Shown: positions 25,626-39,343, numbered from the stretch's first letter. The stretch: 64,000 nt of DNA from Callorhinchus milii (GCF_018977255.1 NW_024704748.1:22506001-22570000); one strand, 5' to 3'. Notes: generated from the letters alone by a model not told the origin. A program made the numbers and translations.

Positions 25626-26339
25626 CCTCCTAGGTTGGGATTTTCAACAATCTGCTCTCAGAGATACGGAAAACAGGCCGTTCCAGGTTACTCAGGAACA
25701 TTTCAATTTTATTCAAGAGAAACCAATACTCCCCAAAGACGAAATTCAACTGCCACAGCACTGATCATCTTCAGCTCATTCTTACTTAAATCTTGCAATG
25801 TTTCACTCAATTTCACTGTGTAATAATATTTGTTTATTTTAAAAGAAAACAATAACACCCAGCTTTGTGCAAATGAATGGATGAGGGAAAGAGAATGTGA
25901 TGAAAACAATAATAGGGACACATACTTGTTTAACAACACTGGGACTTCCCCAGAGCCATTATCTGGAACATAGCAGAATGAGGGAATTCTGCTGTCTCTG
26001 CTCATCCAATAAACATGACTCAGATTTCCCAGGCAATGCATGGTAAAGGTGATACCACCAGCGACCACCTGAACCACTCCACCTAATCCAACATAGTGCG
26101 AAAGAGGGACAAATGGCTCGAACAAGCAATTCCCTTATCCTTTGAATTATTTTAATTTTACATAAATTTCAGGAGAAACAGTTTTTTTAAAAAAAGTCGA
26201 TTAGCTCATTCAAGGACTTATCCCCTTGGAAAATTCTGTGCCTTATCCCCTATTCATGGGTGTAAATCCATTGGCAGTTCCAAGCAACATTAATCTTTGA
26301 ATCTAAGTGGATTTCATATTTTCAAATGGCAAATTCCTA

Positions 26340-26860
26340 GAGAGATTCTGCAGCAAGTGGTGGAAGAGCAGGGTTTTTGCTGGTCTGGGTGGAGGGTGGG
26401 TGGGTGTCTGAGGGGAGAGTGGGTGGGGTGGGTGGTGTCTGGAAGGGGTGTGTGTGTGTGGGAGAGGTGGGCAGCAGGAATGTTATTAAGGCTGACTAGC
26501 TGCAGGGATTGCCCTGCTCTCATGCTGTAACGCTCAGTCAGTGTAGGGCAGGGCAGCAGCACATTCAAACCACTGCTCCAGAACCTGCCATCTGAGTCAA
26601 GTCAGCAGCAAACTTTACTGTGTCAAACCTCAACCAGAACCAAGTATATTTGGGAGGAGAGAGAGAGAAAAAAAAAAGCAACTGATTGCATTGTCTCCCA
26701 AAGAGAGAGAGAAAGAGAGAGACAGAGAGAGAAAGAGAAAGAGAAACTCCCAACTTACTTCTTTCACTTTGCCAGAAGGTCAGATGAGCACTTCCGCCTC
26801 ACAGCGACCCCCTGACTGCAATACTCTGTTCAGGAGCAAAGTTTGACTTGAGTTTCCTGA
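26340..26860 (-). promoter_or_regulatory. Candidate promoter / first-exon region
   Basis: Locally GC-richer, with an ETS site GGCGGAAGTG (26789-26798, minus), a CTCF-like CAGTCAGGGGGTCGCTG, a consensus donor GAA|GTAAGT at 26759/26758, a G4-prone G-tract cluster (26387-26447) and a GA tract. Confidence 0.4.
26701..26746. repeat. (GA)n/(GAAAGA)n purine tract
   Basis: AAGAGAGAGAGAAAGAGAGAGACAGAGAGAGAAAGAGAAAGAGAAA. Confidence 0.85.
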
Positions 26861-27210
26861 AGTGGCCATTTCTCATTTTTTTAAAAAAAATTTTGGAGGA
26901 AAAAAAACAAGTTTTTAAATTAAGAAGAAGCAAAATGCTGCCTTTGCATTTTTTCAGATTTCACTTCAACTCATTGATTTCAATACATAATCTTTAAATG
27001 CTTCACTGAGTACAGGAACCCAGGTTTTTTTTCTCTTGTAAAATCTTACTATTGACCCCAATTACGATCGGTCTGGGCTTTCAACAAATTCTTTTCACTC
27101 TACTCCTAATAAACTTGCAAACAAAACCCTAATAAGTAGGATGAGGTGGTCCTAAATGGACAAGCAGCAGGAAACTCAATGGCAAACTGTGAGGTTTACA
27201 ACAACAACTT

Positions 27211-27528
27211 AATAATAATAATAATCCTTGCATTTGATATGGTGCTTTTCATGTCTTTGAGACGTCTCAATGCACTTCACTGAAATATACTGTAAAGTGA
27301 ATTGACTGTATATTTGTGGGATAAAACGCAGCAGCTAATTGCAAACGGCAGTGTCCCATAAACAGTTGTGGATCGAAGTGACCAATTTTATTATTTTTTT
27401 CTTGAGGGATTATGCTCACGTGTGTGGAGTAAGGAAACTTGCCCAAGCTTTCGCCCTGCCGGGAATCAAACCCAGGACTCTTGCTGGCGAGGCGAGTGAT
27501 CTAACCACTGAGCTACAGGATTACTCCT
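27211..27528 (-). mobile_element. Full-length tRNA-Ala-derived SINE (short subfamily)
   Basis: Reverse complement of the 20627-20935 family: (AAT)n tail at the left, CTAACCACTGAGCTACAGGA head at the right. Confidence 0.95.
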
Positions 27529-29338
27529 ATAAAGTTGGATTTATATAGCACCCTTCATGGTGTCTCGGAGGGCTTAAAGTGGTTTAAGTGGTTAAACTCC
27601 AGCAGTACCCCAACACACACTCTAGGAACCCCAAGCCTAGGCTCTCACCAACCTGTACCTATTTCGGTCTGAAATTAGGTAAGCAAGGTGTGTCCCTCCA
27701 AGGTGAGAGTGTGAGTCCCATTCCAGAACAGAGAAATTTGCATGTGTAGGTGGCAGACATCTGTGGAACTCTTAAGCTTGATGATGGGTTTCTGCCTATG
27801 TCAGACACCAGTTGAGCAAAAAATACTATCGACATAATAGGGAATGTCGTCAAACTTGTCCTCAGACTAAGAATAACAATAGAGCAGCATCCAAAAGTAC
27901 ATGTGCTGGTAGGAACTCATGAACATTTCAACTCCTAATCTAATTCTGGAAGTTCAAGTTTCAGTAAAATGTTGACATCCTATCGTAGCACTATCACTGT
28001 CTTAGTGCGGAAAGCAAGAGTGCTGAGAGGGGTCAGGAAAACTGCCATAGTCATTAGGGGATCATGGTTGGTCACACGTTTCGACCATTCCTATTCCCAC
28101 CTATTGTAAAGTAATTCCTAACTAGTTAGAGGCACCTGTGGGAATCATGGGAAGCTATTCTGCTCATCCTTTCCCACTTCCTGTTGAGGTCATAGGGTAC
28201 TTCATCACAATGTCCAATTTTATTCTTGTTCACACCCTACAGTCTCTCTGGATTCCCAGCTCAACCGAGAGCCAAAGCTATGACAGGTTGTAATTTGAAA
28301 GGCAGTAGAGAGAAGCAGGAGTTCAAATAAAACAGTACCTTGTATAGCTTGTTTGAGGCCCAAGGAACACTGACGTCCTTTCAATAGTGTTCATTACAGT
28401 GACTTAGAACACATATCGGAATGAGATTTTTGACTTTGGGGTTCATTCTAGAACTGTTTTTACATGAATGGTGCAGAGGTGAAGGACTTCGCTGATTTAT
28501 GATGTGATAAACTGCATCTTTCTTTCTCTCCTAGCTGAAACTGTATTAAAAATATACTAAATTAGAATGCAATCTCGTGACTTTAACATTGATGCAATTC
28601 AGTGACGAAATTAGATAGTATTAAACAACATGCCCTAAAAGAAGAAATTCTGGAGTGCTGCAGTGTACCATGCATCAAACAAAGAGGTAGTCATGGATAA
28701 TAGAAGGGATCATGCAAAAGTCATTGAAATCATGCATAAGCTATTTTACAGGTGAAGAGATATTGTTATTTTGTCTTGTAATACAAAATAATGTCCAGTA
28801 ATTATAAATAAATCTTTGGTCAATTATTGAAATATCCCAGAGTTTCAAGGTTTGAAAGGACTTGGTATTTGTGGTGTCATAAAATAGCCACTTCAGAGAT
28901 GTCAATGACTGCATTGTCAGTGGATTCAATGTAAGTCTGAGTGGTTACATTTCCTTTAACACGGCAGCTGCCGCAGTCTGCCCAGGATAACAACCCTTAG
29001 CAATAAAGCACTCCTTCCGTAACTGCGAAGTAGGTACCTCGAGATGTTTTGGAGCTTTAAGCTTGTGCATCTATGCATTGTTAAAGTGTGTCTGTGTAGT
29101 TTCAATGTGTGTTTATGTATTGTTAATGTTATTTTTTCAATAGGTGCATTGACTCCCACAGGTTAAAGACCTTTGGCATATCCATCATTTAATAATATGC
29201 TAGTTCCCATTCATTTTAATTACATTAGTAAACGTTAAGAGAGTGTTATTGAACATGAGTAAAGTTGCAGAGACAAATCACAATAATATTTAGTCACATG
29301 TGTACTTTTTGTGATATTACAATGATTGGTTTATAAGA

Positions 29339-29456
29339 TAATAATAATAATAATCCTTACATTTGATATAGTGCCTTATCATGTCTTCGAGATGTCTCAA
29401 AGTGCTTCACAGAATGTACTGTAAAATTAATTGACTGTATATTTTGTGGGCGAAAT
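29339..29456 (-). mobile_element. 5'-truncated SINE (3' ~120 bp)
   Basis: (AAT)nCCTTACATTTGATATAGTGCC...TGTGGGCGAAAT matches the SINE 3' end. Confidence 0.9.
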
Positions 29457-31984
29457 ATACAGAAAGATGCAATGAATCAGGAATTTTTTAAAAAATAAAA
29501 CACAATACATTTGTAAGATTAAAATATAAAACATTATTCACATTCTGTGCTCTGGGGAAGTGACAGAAAAAAGGTACTTTAGATAAAAGTCGTTATAGCT
29601 AGGGAAAGGATCAAGAATGCTTTTACTGTACATAATAAGTCCCTGAGGGCAACTTAAAAATATATTTTTCAGACAACAGTGGGGGTTAAAAAGCCATTTG
29701 GACCTGTTGCTTTGGACCCAGCATCTCTGAAGAACTGATACGACCTGCATCCCTAACCTTACTTCACCACCGCTGAAAAACTAATCATTGGGAAAGAGCA
29801 GCCTGGAGAAGAGTGATTGGCCAAATAACTGGAAAGGTGGCCTCTATTTTATGCAATATCTCATGGGAGAAGCCCAGGTATAATTGTAGATACAATTTCA
29901 GACCTGGCCTCTTCGTTCTGCTTCAGCTACGGATAGGGACAACATTTTGTTGCTTCTGCTTTTGACAGTCTAGATAAGGCCTCGATGCTGTACACCACTG
30001 CCAATATTATTGGCTATACTCCTGGCCTCTTATGTAGCTTCTCTAACCAGGCAGCATGCAATATTTATGTAGGAGGTAGCTCACATGAAATGGTAGTATC
30101 CATTTGATTCAATTTATGTTCAATAACAGGATGTGGACTGAAGCCTGCTGAAATAAATCTAAATTATTGTGATTACTTGCAAAATTGTGTATCAGATTTA
30201 TCTGATAAACTGTTTTTTGTTTGTGTTTCAATTTGTACCTTTGTTTGTATCCAACTGTGTCCAGGATGCCATTGCAAACTTGGTATCACAAGTGGGATTG
30301 TAGTTTGTCCCGAACTAGACACATTAACAGTGAATATCCCTACATGACTTTTTTTTTGTATATAATTTCAGTGCTGTGAAAGGGATGGCTTTTCCACTAT
30401 TGATCAGCATCGATCATTTTGAGGTCAGGTTTTTGTATTAGCCACACGCAAGTCAAAGTTTTCTTTCATAATTCTCATCGATTCCTCAGATGAGATTGCA
30501 GACTGTGGAGTGGAATCACTAGAGGGTATAAATTATTATTTTTTGAGGATTTGTACAGCGAAGTTCACAGGAGTTATTTATTCATCTTATTTTATTCCCC
30601 ACCTGTGATATACATGACAGATACCAATACTCTGCTTTTATGTAGCCAATGTGTATGCAACAAATGTTAAAATTAATATTTTAATTAAATTATATCAGTT
30701 ATTTAACACGTGATAAATCAATTAATTTGCTAGGTAAGAATTTATATTGCTTCTAATAATGAATATTAATCGTAGGAATAATGAATACCTTTACAGCGTA
30801 GCCTGTTGGATAACATAGCATTTATTTGTGAACAAATGATTACATGCACCCGTTCATCAATGACATACTTTGTCTGGTAAATGACACAGCCATAGATGAT
30901 ACACTTCTAAATAAAAAACAATTACATTCATGTTTGAAGCCTGCTTTTTTTTTCTCTATTGTTAGACATAACGATAAATTAGGAGATTAATCAACTTTTC
31001 ACATTGCTAACCTTTCAGGTGTGCTGATTCCTGACATTCTATCAGGAAACCTTCACAAGCCACTGGTGGAGAGGTTTTCAGCTCACCCAACCTAATCTAT
31101 TTTTCTTATGGCTGAATGCCTGAGAAGATCTGTCCTGGTCTAACTTGGGTCATCTATTGTTCAGCATTTCTAAATGTTGCTGCCCTGTACCTTGATTGTG
31201 TGATAGATTGCCCTGCTACTTTTTCATTGAAAAAGTAAGATTTTTCCAGTAACCTTTTTTAAATCGAAAAGACACACCTTGGAAGAAATCACAGATGTCA
31301 TATCATCTAGTCCTAATGTAGCATTCAAAAAGGAAAAAGAGTGTTGAAATAAACTGTTATGGTTAGGAATGAATTCTGAGGTGTCATGCTTCATGCTGAA
31401 ATGAATGCCGTTACCTTTTGGGTGCAGAAACACATTATCAGTTCAGGTGTGCAGGTTCTAAACAATCTGTTGTGTTTGCACACTAACCATTGGAGGGTTC
31501 CTTTAAATAAAGTTCTTCCTCTTGATATTGGATTAAATATAAGACTATTTATTTAATGCAATTTTCTCCCCCGCAAAAAGTAATTGTGGAAGTATTTACG
31601 GGCCAAGAAATGTAATGCAATCTATGAAAGCCACATACAAAATCTTTAGCTGAGCTATAAGTTGCTCAGCCTTCCTGTGCCTTGACATTTGTTTTTCATC
31701 ATGTCGCAAAAGGTCACCCAACAGAGGCTTGCGGGCTTGCCTGCTTTTTATATTTAATTTCCACATTACTTTTGAAATAGCCATTGTTTGATTTTGGAGC
31801 AATTTTATTAGGTTTTTATGTCTTTCACTGTTTGAAGAAGAACGAGGAACTAGAAGAAAATATTTCTGAATGATGCCATTCTTTCTGCTGTGTGATACCT
31901 CAACAGAGAGAGACTACACTTGCTGGGTTATTGAGCATTCATTACAAAAAGTATGTATTTCAACTCCAACTTGGCCCATGAATG

Positions 31985-32301
31985 TAGAGTCCTGTAGCTC
32001 AGTGGTTAGAGCGCTTGCCTCGCAAGCGAGAGACCTAGATTTGATTCCCGGCAGGGTGAAACCTTGGGCAAATTTCCTTACTCCTCACACCTGATAATAA
32101 TCCCTCAAGGGAATAAATAAAATAATAATTTGGTCCACTCAATCCGCGACTGTTTGTGGGACCCTGCTGTGCACAATTGGCTGCGTGTTTCACCCAAAAA
32201 TGTACAGTCAATTCACTTTACAGTATATTCTGTGAAGCGCTTTGAAATGTCTAGAAGATGTGAAAAGCTCTATATCAAATGCAAGGATTATTATTATTAT
32301 T
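31985..32301 (+). mobile_element. Full-length tRNA-Ala-derived SINE (short subfamily) with candidate 7-bp TSD
   Basis: Same family as 20627. ATGAATG flanks both ends (31978-31984 and 32302-32308). Confidence 0.95.
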
Positions 32302-32502
32302 ATGAATGCACATGTCCATGATCCCTTATGTGGCTTGTGTAAAATAAGGAGATTCATTATTTCCTTCCTCGCTGTTTAAATGTGAAATGCAAACAAGTGA
32401 TTACCTGACAGTAATAAACCATATTTCATGAAAGTAAATAATTCATGTGTGATGGTGACTGGATATTTAAGGAAATATGTCAACGTCATTTAGGATACAG
32501 TA

Positions 32503-32636
32503 CCAACAATAATTTACATTTATCTATCACCTTTCACATCTGGAGGAGGTCTCAGAGTGCTTCACAGCTCAAAACTCAGGGAAGGGGAAAGGAGGGGTAA
32601 AGATGACTGAAAGCACTGTTAGAGAAATAGGACTTA
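32503..32636 (-). mobile_element. Old L2-type 3' end fragment
   Basis: CAACAATAATTTACATTTATCTATCACCTTTCACATCTGGAGGAGGTCTCAGAGTGCTTCACAG followed by a purine tract, like the reversed L2 end at 17177. Confidence 0.55.
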
Positions 32637-32869
32637 AATGTTACAATGCTGATAATAGATGGGCCCAGAGGTAAAATCCAGTGTTTTGGAACCAATATTT
32701 ACAGGTAGGATAAAAGTGTAAAAAATACCAAACTACATGTAGTGATGAAACTTCTCAAAGCATTTCACACAGTAATCACTTTCATGTGTAATTACCGATT
32801 TTTGTAAGCAAACACAGTAGTAACTTTGCCCACAGCAAATTCCAACAAAAAGTCCACAAGGTGAACAAC

Positions 32870-33068
32870 CAATTTACCTGGAAGATTGTTGACCAGGACA
32901 CTGGGAGAAACTTCCTCCTCTTTTCAAGCAGTGCCACAGGATCTTTAACATCAACTTGTACAGCAGTCGGTTTGAACAAATCATTCCAAAAGATGCCATG
33001 TCCGTTCTGACAAGACAGTATTCCCCCAGTATTGCAATGGCATATCAGCCTAGTCTGTAATCTCAAGT
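32870..33068 (-). mobile_element. Old Deu-domain SINE fragment
   Basis: GTTGACCAGGACACTGGGAGAAAC...CAGTGCCACAGGATCTTTAACATC...TCGGTTT...CAGTATTGCAATGG is reverse homologous to 60500-60660. Confidence 0.7.
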
Positions 33069-34142
33069 GTGATGAATTTAATAGGCAAACTGATTGAATT
33101 ATTCCACCCAATGATCTCATGCTGTAATTGACTAGTCTTCATCCATTTCTGAGTAAAGTACAATAGATCATCCATTATTGCTGAAATCTGCTGTATTCCA
33201 GGATGTGGTGAACAAATCAACCAATCTAACCTTTGCAGCCAGTTTGCTTCTTTGACCAATATTTTCTAGTTGCAGCACCATTATTTTTTAATGCAGTATA
33301 AAGCTGCCAACATTAGAAGAGAAATGATACATTACTTTTACTGGGAATGCGAGAGGAAAAAGCTGGTAACAATGCAATGTTCTCTCTGCCTGGCTAAGAG
33401 GTTTATTGGTAGATTTTTTTCAAAGCTGTAAAGAGCTGTTTCCCCATTTCATGTCCTAAGAAGTGTTTGAAATCACTCCTTCACTATGTTTGTTGACTGG
33501 TAGTAAACATGCAAGTTTTACAACTTTCCATCCTGACACACAAGTGCAAATCAGGGTTTCTTCATCCACCATTACTGTGGACATAACAACTGCACCAATC
33601 CTGATTCAATCTTACAAGTCATCTGAGAGCAGAACTGTATCTGTCGTAGAAGCATACTGAGATGCTGAGTTATGTGTTTATTGCATTCATGATGAACAGT
33701 GTCTTGGCAAAAAAATAGACTACAGGTGGGCAAATAGGGAATTACTTAAGAAAATGAATCAATTTTTCATTAGCATGTCAACTATCAAGCTTTGTGTTTG
33801 TAAAGCAATCTGTTAGAATATTAATTCAACGTGAAAGATCATGATGTTGTTTTGTAACCTCCAGTTGGGTTCTCATTGTCTAGACCTAGAATTCTGGATT
33901 CCTATGAAATGCATTTAACTTATTATATTGTACAAAAATACTCAATTCCCTCCATTATGTTACATTATTGTAGAACAATAACACTAGGTTTTTAAAAGAT
34001 GTGTTGTCGAAGATCGGATATAATGTGAATCGAATATTTATTATGCGGAAATATATTTTAAAATGAAATTGAGCATCATTTTATCAATTTGTTGTTTAGC
34101 ACACATTTACATTATTTCTCACACTGGTACAGGAAACTGATA

Positions 34143-34237
34143 AATACACACAGTCACTACACTATGCAGTAAATCCCATGAAGTGATTTGAGACGTATCG
34201 ATGATACGATAAGGTGCTATATCAAATTCAAGATTAT
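34143..34237 (+). mobile_element. SINE 3' tail fragment (diverged)
   Basis: TTTGAGACGTATCGATGATACGATAAGGTGCTATATCAAATTCAAGATTAT. Confidence 0.7.
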
Positions 34238-37200
34238 GGATGGAAATAGATTCAACTCCATGTTAAAAGAGAGGTTAGTTTAGCATTAACTTGATGATGA
34301 GCCAACAGTGGACCAAAGTTCAAAAGTAGTGCTATTCTCAGTCTTACCTGTTTTTGAAGGAAGTCAGCAGAGACTGAGGACTTCCTTGAAGAGAGTGAAA
34401 ATTATCTCCAAGCCCCTCTTATGTATATCCTTGCAAATGATTTCAGAATGGCTTTTTGAATGGCCTGGGAGCACATTTCTCACCAACCTTGGGCACAGAA
34501 ATTGAATTGAACAAGAGAGAAAATAATGGGTGACGTCCCCAAAGAAAAACTGTGGTTAAATGTTATTTTTATTATAAAATCGGAAATAGTTTTAAATGGA
34601 TGTTGCTGTGCCAATAAACTAAAGTAATCCTTGCTTCACAGGCCAAAGGGTCACCTGAAGGAGCAGGAGATTTGTACACTACAAGGTAGGCTCTGTAATT
34701 ACATGCTATTGAGCAATATAAGAACAATGAACTTAATGAAAATCCTAAGTGATTGGAAAATGCTTTGGGGAGATGCCAGTCCTGTTGGAAGACAATAAAA
34801 GTAATTGTTCACTCATGGCACTGTCAACTAATTCATATAAAGGCCAATCTAAAGCTAGCAATCATTCACATGTCACATAACATCATCCTTCCCTTGATGG
34901 CAAAATGGAAAACGTATCAAAAAATGATGCTTCAAATATCAGATTCATCCTGAAACACTCACTACATACTGCAACATTACTTCTCTGACCTTGGCTTGCA
35001 CCCGGACTTCGAATTAATCACTGTTTCCATCTTTCTTTTGTGAGGAATACCCAATGGTACTTTTATAAAAGTCAGACATGCTGAATGAAATGATGCACAA
35101 AAAGGAAAGTTTGTCATCACAACTGACAGGTTTGATTGGCTAATATTCTTTCACCGAAATTTGACGATAATGTGTCAACAGAGCGGAGAGTGAATCAAAG
35201 CACGATCACATACAGACAACCGACATATTAAATAAAACCTTACATTTTTCCTTTATTTGTGGACTCTAATTTCTATAGATCCCAAGAAGCATTGTTACAG
35301 CGGGGAGCTGGACAATTTATAATCATCTGGAATCTTTACAAAATTATTCAGTAACTGTTTTCTATTGCTTTGCTTTCCTCGTGGTGCAAATACAGTAACA
35401 GGCAGTTAAACTTTTGACAGCCAATTATTTTATTTGGATGGCCACTAGAGGTTTAGCTTAAGAATTGGTGAATTTCCTGAAAATAGTATTCAAAATATGA
35501 AGTAATTTATTTGTTTATTGAGATTGATGTATCATTACGATCTCTGCGTTGAAACAGGAGAAAGAATAGAAGAAATTTGTAGTGCAAGTGATATATTTCT
35601 AAGAAAGCAAGTCATTTTAAATGGAATCTACAGAGTGATGAAAGTGCTACAAAGGTAAAGTTGCACAGCAAGAGAAACATTATTTCTATTATCTTGCAGA
35701 AAAATAATGTTTACATTTTGCCAAGTGTAGCTGTCTGTACATGCATTATGCATTGTAGTGACAATTGGTTCCTGACTATAGAAACACAGTAATCAGAATG
35801 GGATTTGCCAATATATTTGCACAGTTGGCATTTCTCTTGGTTGTTTCACTGCCTTATCCTTCTAGGAACCAGAACGTAATGCGCTCCTAGTGTACTATGA
35901 CTGCATGCTTAAAAAAATGTCTCTAAGACCAAGTTAATGGCAATTAATTTATACTAAGCATAAAATCCCAGGAGTTTGAGCTACAACAGTCCATGCATTA
36001 TTGGTAGAAGTCTGGTGTATGACTATGATGTTACCCACTCTAAGATTTTTTTGTTCATTAGTTCAACATGTAATCCACTTTGCATCTGGATATCATTTTT
36101 GTCAGAGCATCTGATTTTTGGCTAGCTTCATCTTCCCAGCATCATCCTTATTCATCTAACCTGAACCTTTCCCAACCTCTCTCATTCTTCTGAAAGCTTG
36201 AGCTGGACAGATGTATTACATATTGTTTAGACTGTCATTTTCTTCTCAGGGATAGGAAATTAATTTTTTTAAAAATTTAAATAGCTTGATTCAGGTCGTT
36301 CCTCCTCCTCCTCCCACTTAGGATGTTTTCCTAATCAATCCATACTGAAGGTGTTCATGACTTGTGAAGTTTAACAAGCCTTCGTGATATATTTTTCATA
36401 AACCACTGATCTCCATCATGTATGCTCAGTGACTCACGTTCCACAACCATCTGCTGGTAGGAAATCTCTTGGTGAAGTCATGGAACTGCTTTAGTAACCA
36501 AAGTCACACAGGAGTCTGTAACCCTGCTTTCCCAGCTGTTGGCATATAGTTGGAGGTGAGTGTGTGAAGGAAGAGGAAAGAGGGGGCAAGGACGGGGATT
36601 AGAGAGAACCTTAATCAACTATATTTATAGTCATGAACATTTTAAAATTAAAAACGGAATACTGCAAGGTGTAAATTATAAACACCGCGTTCTAGGTTTT
36701 GCAAGTTTAGCACTGATACATATTATATTCATATAATTTACTGGCTTCTATCTCAAGGCTGAGTAAAGCATTTGTGGATTCAATTGATCTGCCCGGAATA
36801 CTTTCCATCCTGAGCTAAGATAACATTACTGCAAAGCTTGATTGTTTTGGTATTCATTTGTTTTTAATTCCACAGCAAACTTGATTGTGATAAATAAGCT
36901 ACATGCATACAACCTGGGTGATCTTTATTTTATTTGATAAATTATTAATGGAAAATGATCTTAGCAGGTTTCATCATTAATTTTAACATACTGCCTACTA
37001 AGCAAAAGGAAGTGATTACAAAGGTACAAATTTAGTCTGACTGTAAACCTTAAAAAATCCCAACAAGGGCAACAACTATGAATCTATTGTTTTTTTAGAA
37101 AAGAAATCCACCTCTTTAAAATTGTAAGTATAATTCCTTTGGTAATAGTTCTTCCTTCAATTGTGAACTGACTAATTGACAAGGTGTGGTACAATGTCTG

Positions 37201-38197
37201 TTTTGGCATTTATACTTGTATCTTTTCTTTTGTTTAATAACTATAACTGTCGGCTTTCCTGTGCAGCCTTCCTCAGTATTTTCTGTTATTGTGATGTGAT
37301 GACAGAGTGAATGGGTGTTTCCTTTCATGTGTACAGTAAAAACTGTTTACGAAAGTGGACATTTTATGAAATACAGCAATAGAGTTTATATTTTAAAGAA
37401 AGGTGGTAGTGGTAGGGGATAGATGGTTCGCCATCAAGGCCCTTTTAAAAATTGACCAGCGAAAACAAATGTAAATCAACTAACATTAGTTACGATTTTT
37501 TCCACTATATTTTGAAAACAGTAATTTTAACAGAAAGAAGGGTTTAGAGAAATCACTGAACAATCGATTCTGGTGTACATTGAGTTAAATGAAGGTATAA
37601 TAATGCATATTAAATCAGTTCCCTAATACTTTCAGAATCAACAAAATTGGAAGGAAGAAATTAATTTAATTGGTTAGCATTTCTTGTTGGTCATTCTAAA
37701 TGATGAGACTTACTCTAAAATGCATCTATTTAAAACCGTTCAAAACAGAGGATGCCCTGGTTACTAAAAACGTCTTTGGTAATATAGTTTTGACTTAACA
37801 TTTTATTATCCGTTGAACCTTTTGTTAATCGATTATAGATTTTTAAAAAAACATTTGAAGAATGGTTTATGATATATTTGATATGATATATATACATGAT
37901 ATATCTGCTTACATTATACACCGCACACTGATCACCGTTTATGGGAATTCTCCTACACTTTTTATTCACTCTTGTTGTTCTTATTGTGAAGATCTGAATT
38001 CTCGTTTTTTAATTTTTTGTGATTCTCTAGAAAAAACATTTACACACAATTCCTCTGTTCAAGTTCAAAGACATTCCTGAACCATATGCCATTATCCTTT
38101 TATAGAATACAGGGCATATACAGATGGCTTCTATTTGTTATTTTTCTTTAAAGTTGGCGAGATGACAGTTTAGTGTCTGCCAATGGTGAGCAAGATA

Positions 38198-38340
38198 TCA
38201 ACAACAACAACTTGCTAAAGCGCCTTTCACCTGAGGTAGTGTCCCGGAGTGATTCACAGTGGCGGAGTCTGACAACGAGCCAGGGGAAGAGGCAGGGGGG
38301 AGGTGACCGTAAACATGATAAAAAAGGAAGGTCTTTAGGC
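38198..38340 (-). mobile_element. L2-type 3' end, different subfamily
   Basis: (CAA)nCTTGCTAAAGCGCCTTTCAC...GTCCCGGAGTGATTCACAG followed by a purine-rich tract. Confidence 0.6.
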
Positions 38341-38621
38341 ATATCAGAGCAGACAATGACAGAATATGATTGCTTCAGGCTATGGCATGTCGGGTTATTT
38401 CAATGACACTGACGATTGGTTTGATTTCATGTTGCAGTGTGGAGCTGGGGGTTGACAGGATTACTACCGAGGACCGAGTGCTGATCTCTTCACAGTTTAG
38501 TGGCAACAAACAAGTGACGGACACACTCAATCCTCTTTCTGCGTTTCTGTGAAGTTAGGATTTGCCAAGAAAAGCACCGACTTTCCTACTAATTAGAGAC
38601 TTTGTTTCCACTAGCTTTTTA

Positions 38622-38670
38622 GGGCTGGGGGGAGGGGTGGGGGGTGTGGGGAATGGGGGGAATGGGGGAG
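38622..38670 (+). repeat. G-run low-complexity tract (G-quadruplex-prone)
   Basis: GGGCTGGGGGGAGGGGTGGGGGGTGTGGGGAATGGGGGGAATGGGGGAG. Confidence 0.75.
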
Positions 38671-39001
38671 TAGTTTCCATTAAAACTTGGTTATTTATTT
38701 TCAAATAATACATGTTTTGCGCATCAACCTAAAATGACAGTTCATATCATTTTTTGCAAATGTACCCAGGGAAGAATGTATCTGCTATGTTCTATATTCA
38801 ACACATACCCATGTAGACTTTGTTTTTTTGTTCTCAGTGTCGTTTTTTTAATGTGAAGTAAACAGTTTAAATTGTGGCGGGGGGATTTGTATAGCAAGGA
38901 GTTTTAATGGCAATCAATAAGAGATCAATCAGCACTAACAGTAAATGTATTGCCAATAAACTAACTGCACTATTCTATTATCAACAAAACAATGCATACA
39001 T

Positions 39002-39130
39002 CATAGAATCAAAGAAGTTACAGGACTCAAGGAGCCTATTTAGCCCATTGAGTTTTTACTGATGTCACCTCTTTCACTGGAGAAATCTAGTCTGATCCAA
39101 ATTCATTTGCTCTTGCTCCATACTCTTATG
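39002..39130 (-). mobile_element. CR1 3'UTR remnant
   Basis: CATAGAATCAAAGAAGTTACAGGACTCAAGGAGCCTATTTAGCCCATTGAG is the reverse of a CR1 (ATTCTRTG)-type tail plus the GGGCxxAAT motif. Confidence 0.55.
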
Positions 39131-39343
39131 TTAGAAATTGTTTCTCTTTCTGATACTGTATATACTGGAACCAACTGTATGTACTGGAAGTAATGAATTG
39201 GAAATTGCATTAACATTTTTGGTAATCCAGGTGATGTATAATAAAATAATTGGAACGTAGAACGCTTCTTGCCACCTTGAAAATGGACCTAAAATAGCCT
39301 TTAAATGCCTGGTGTGCCCATCTAGATTGTGGAGGGAGATTAT

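Noticed and set aside
27810-27990. Possible CR1 ORF1 esterase remnant (VHV..GT motif)
   Set aside because: Similarity too weak to support by eye.
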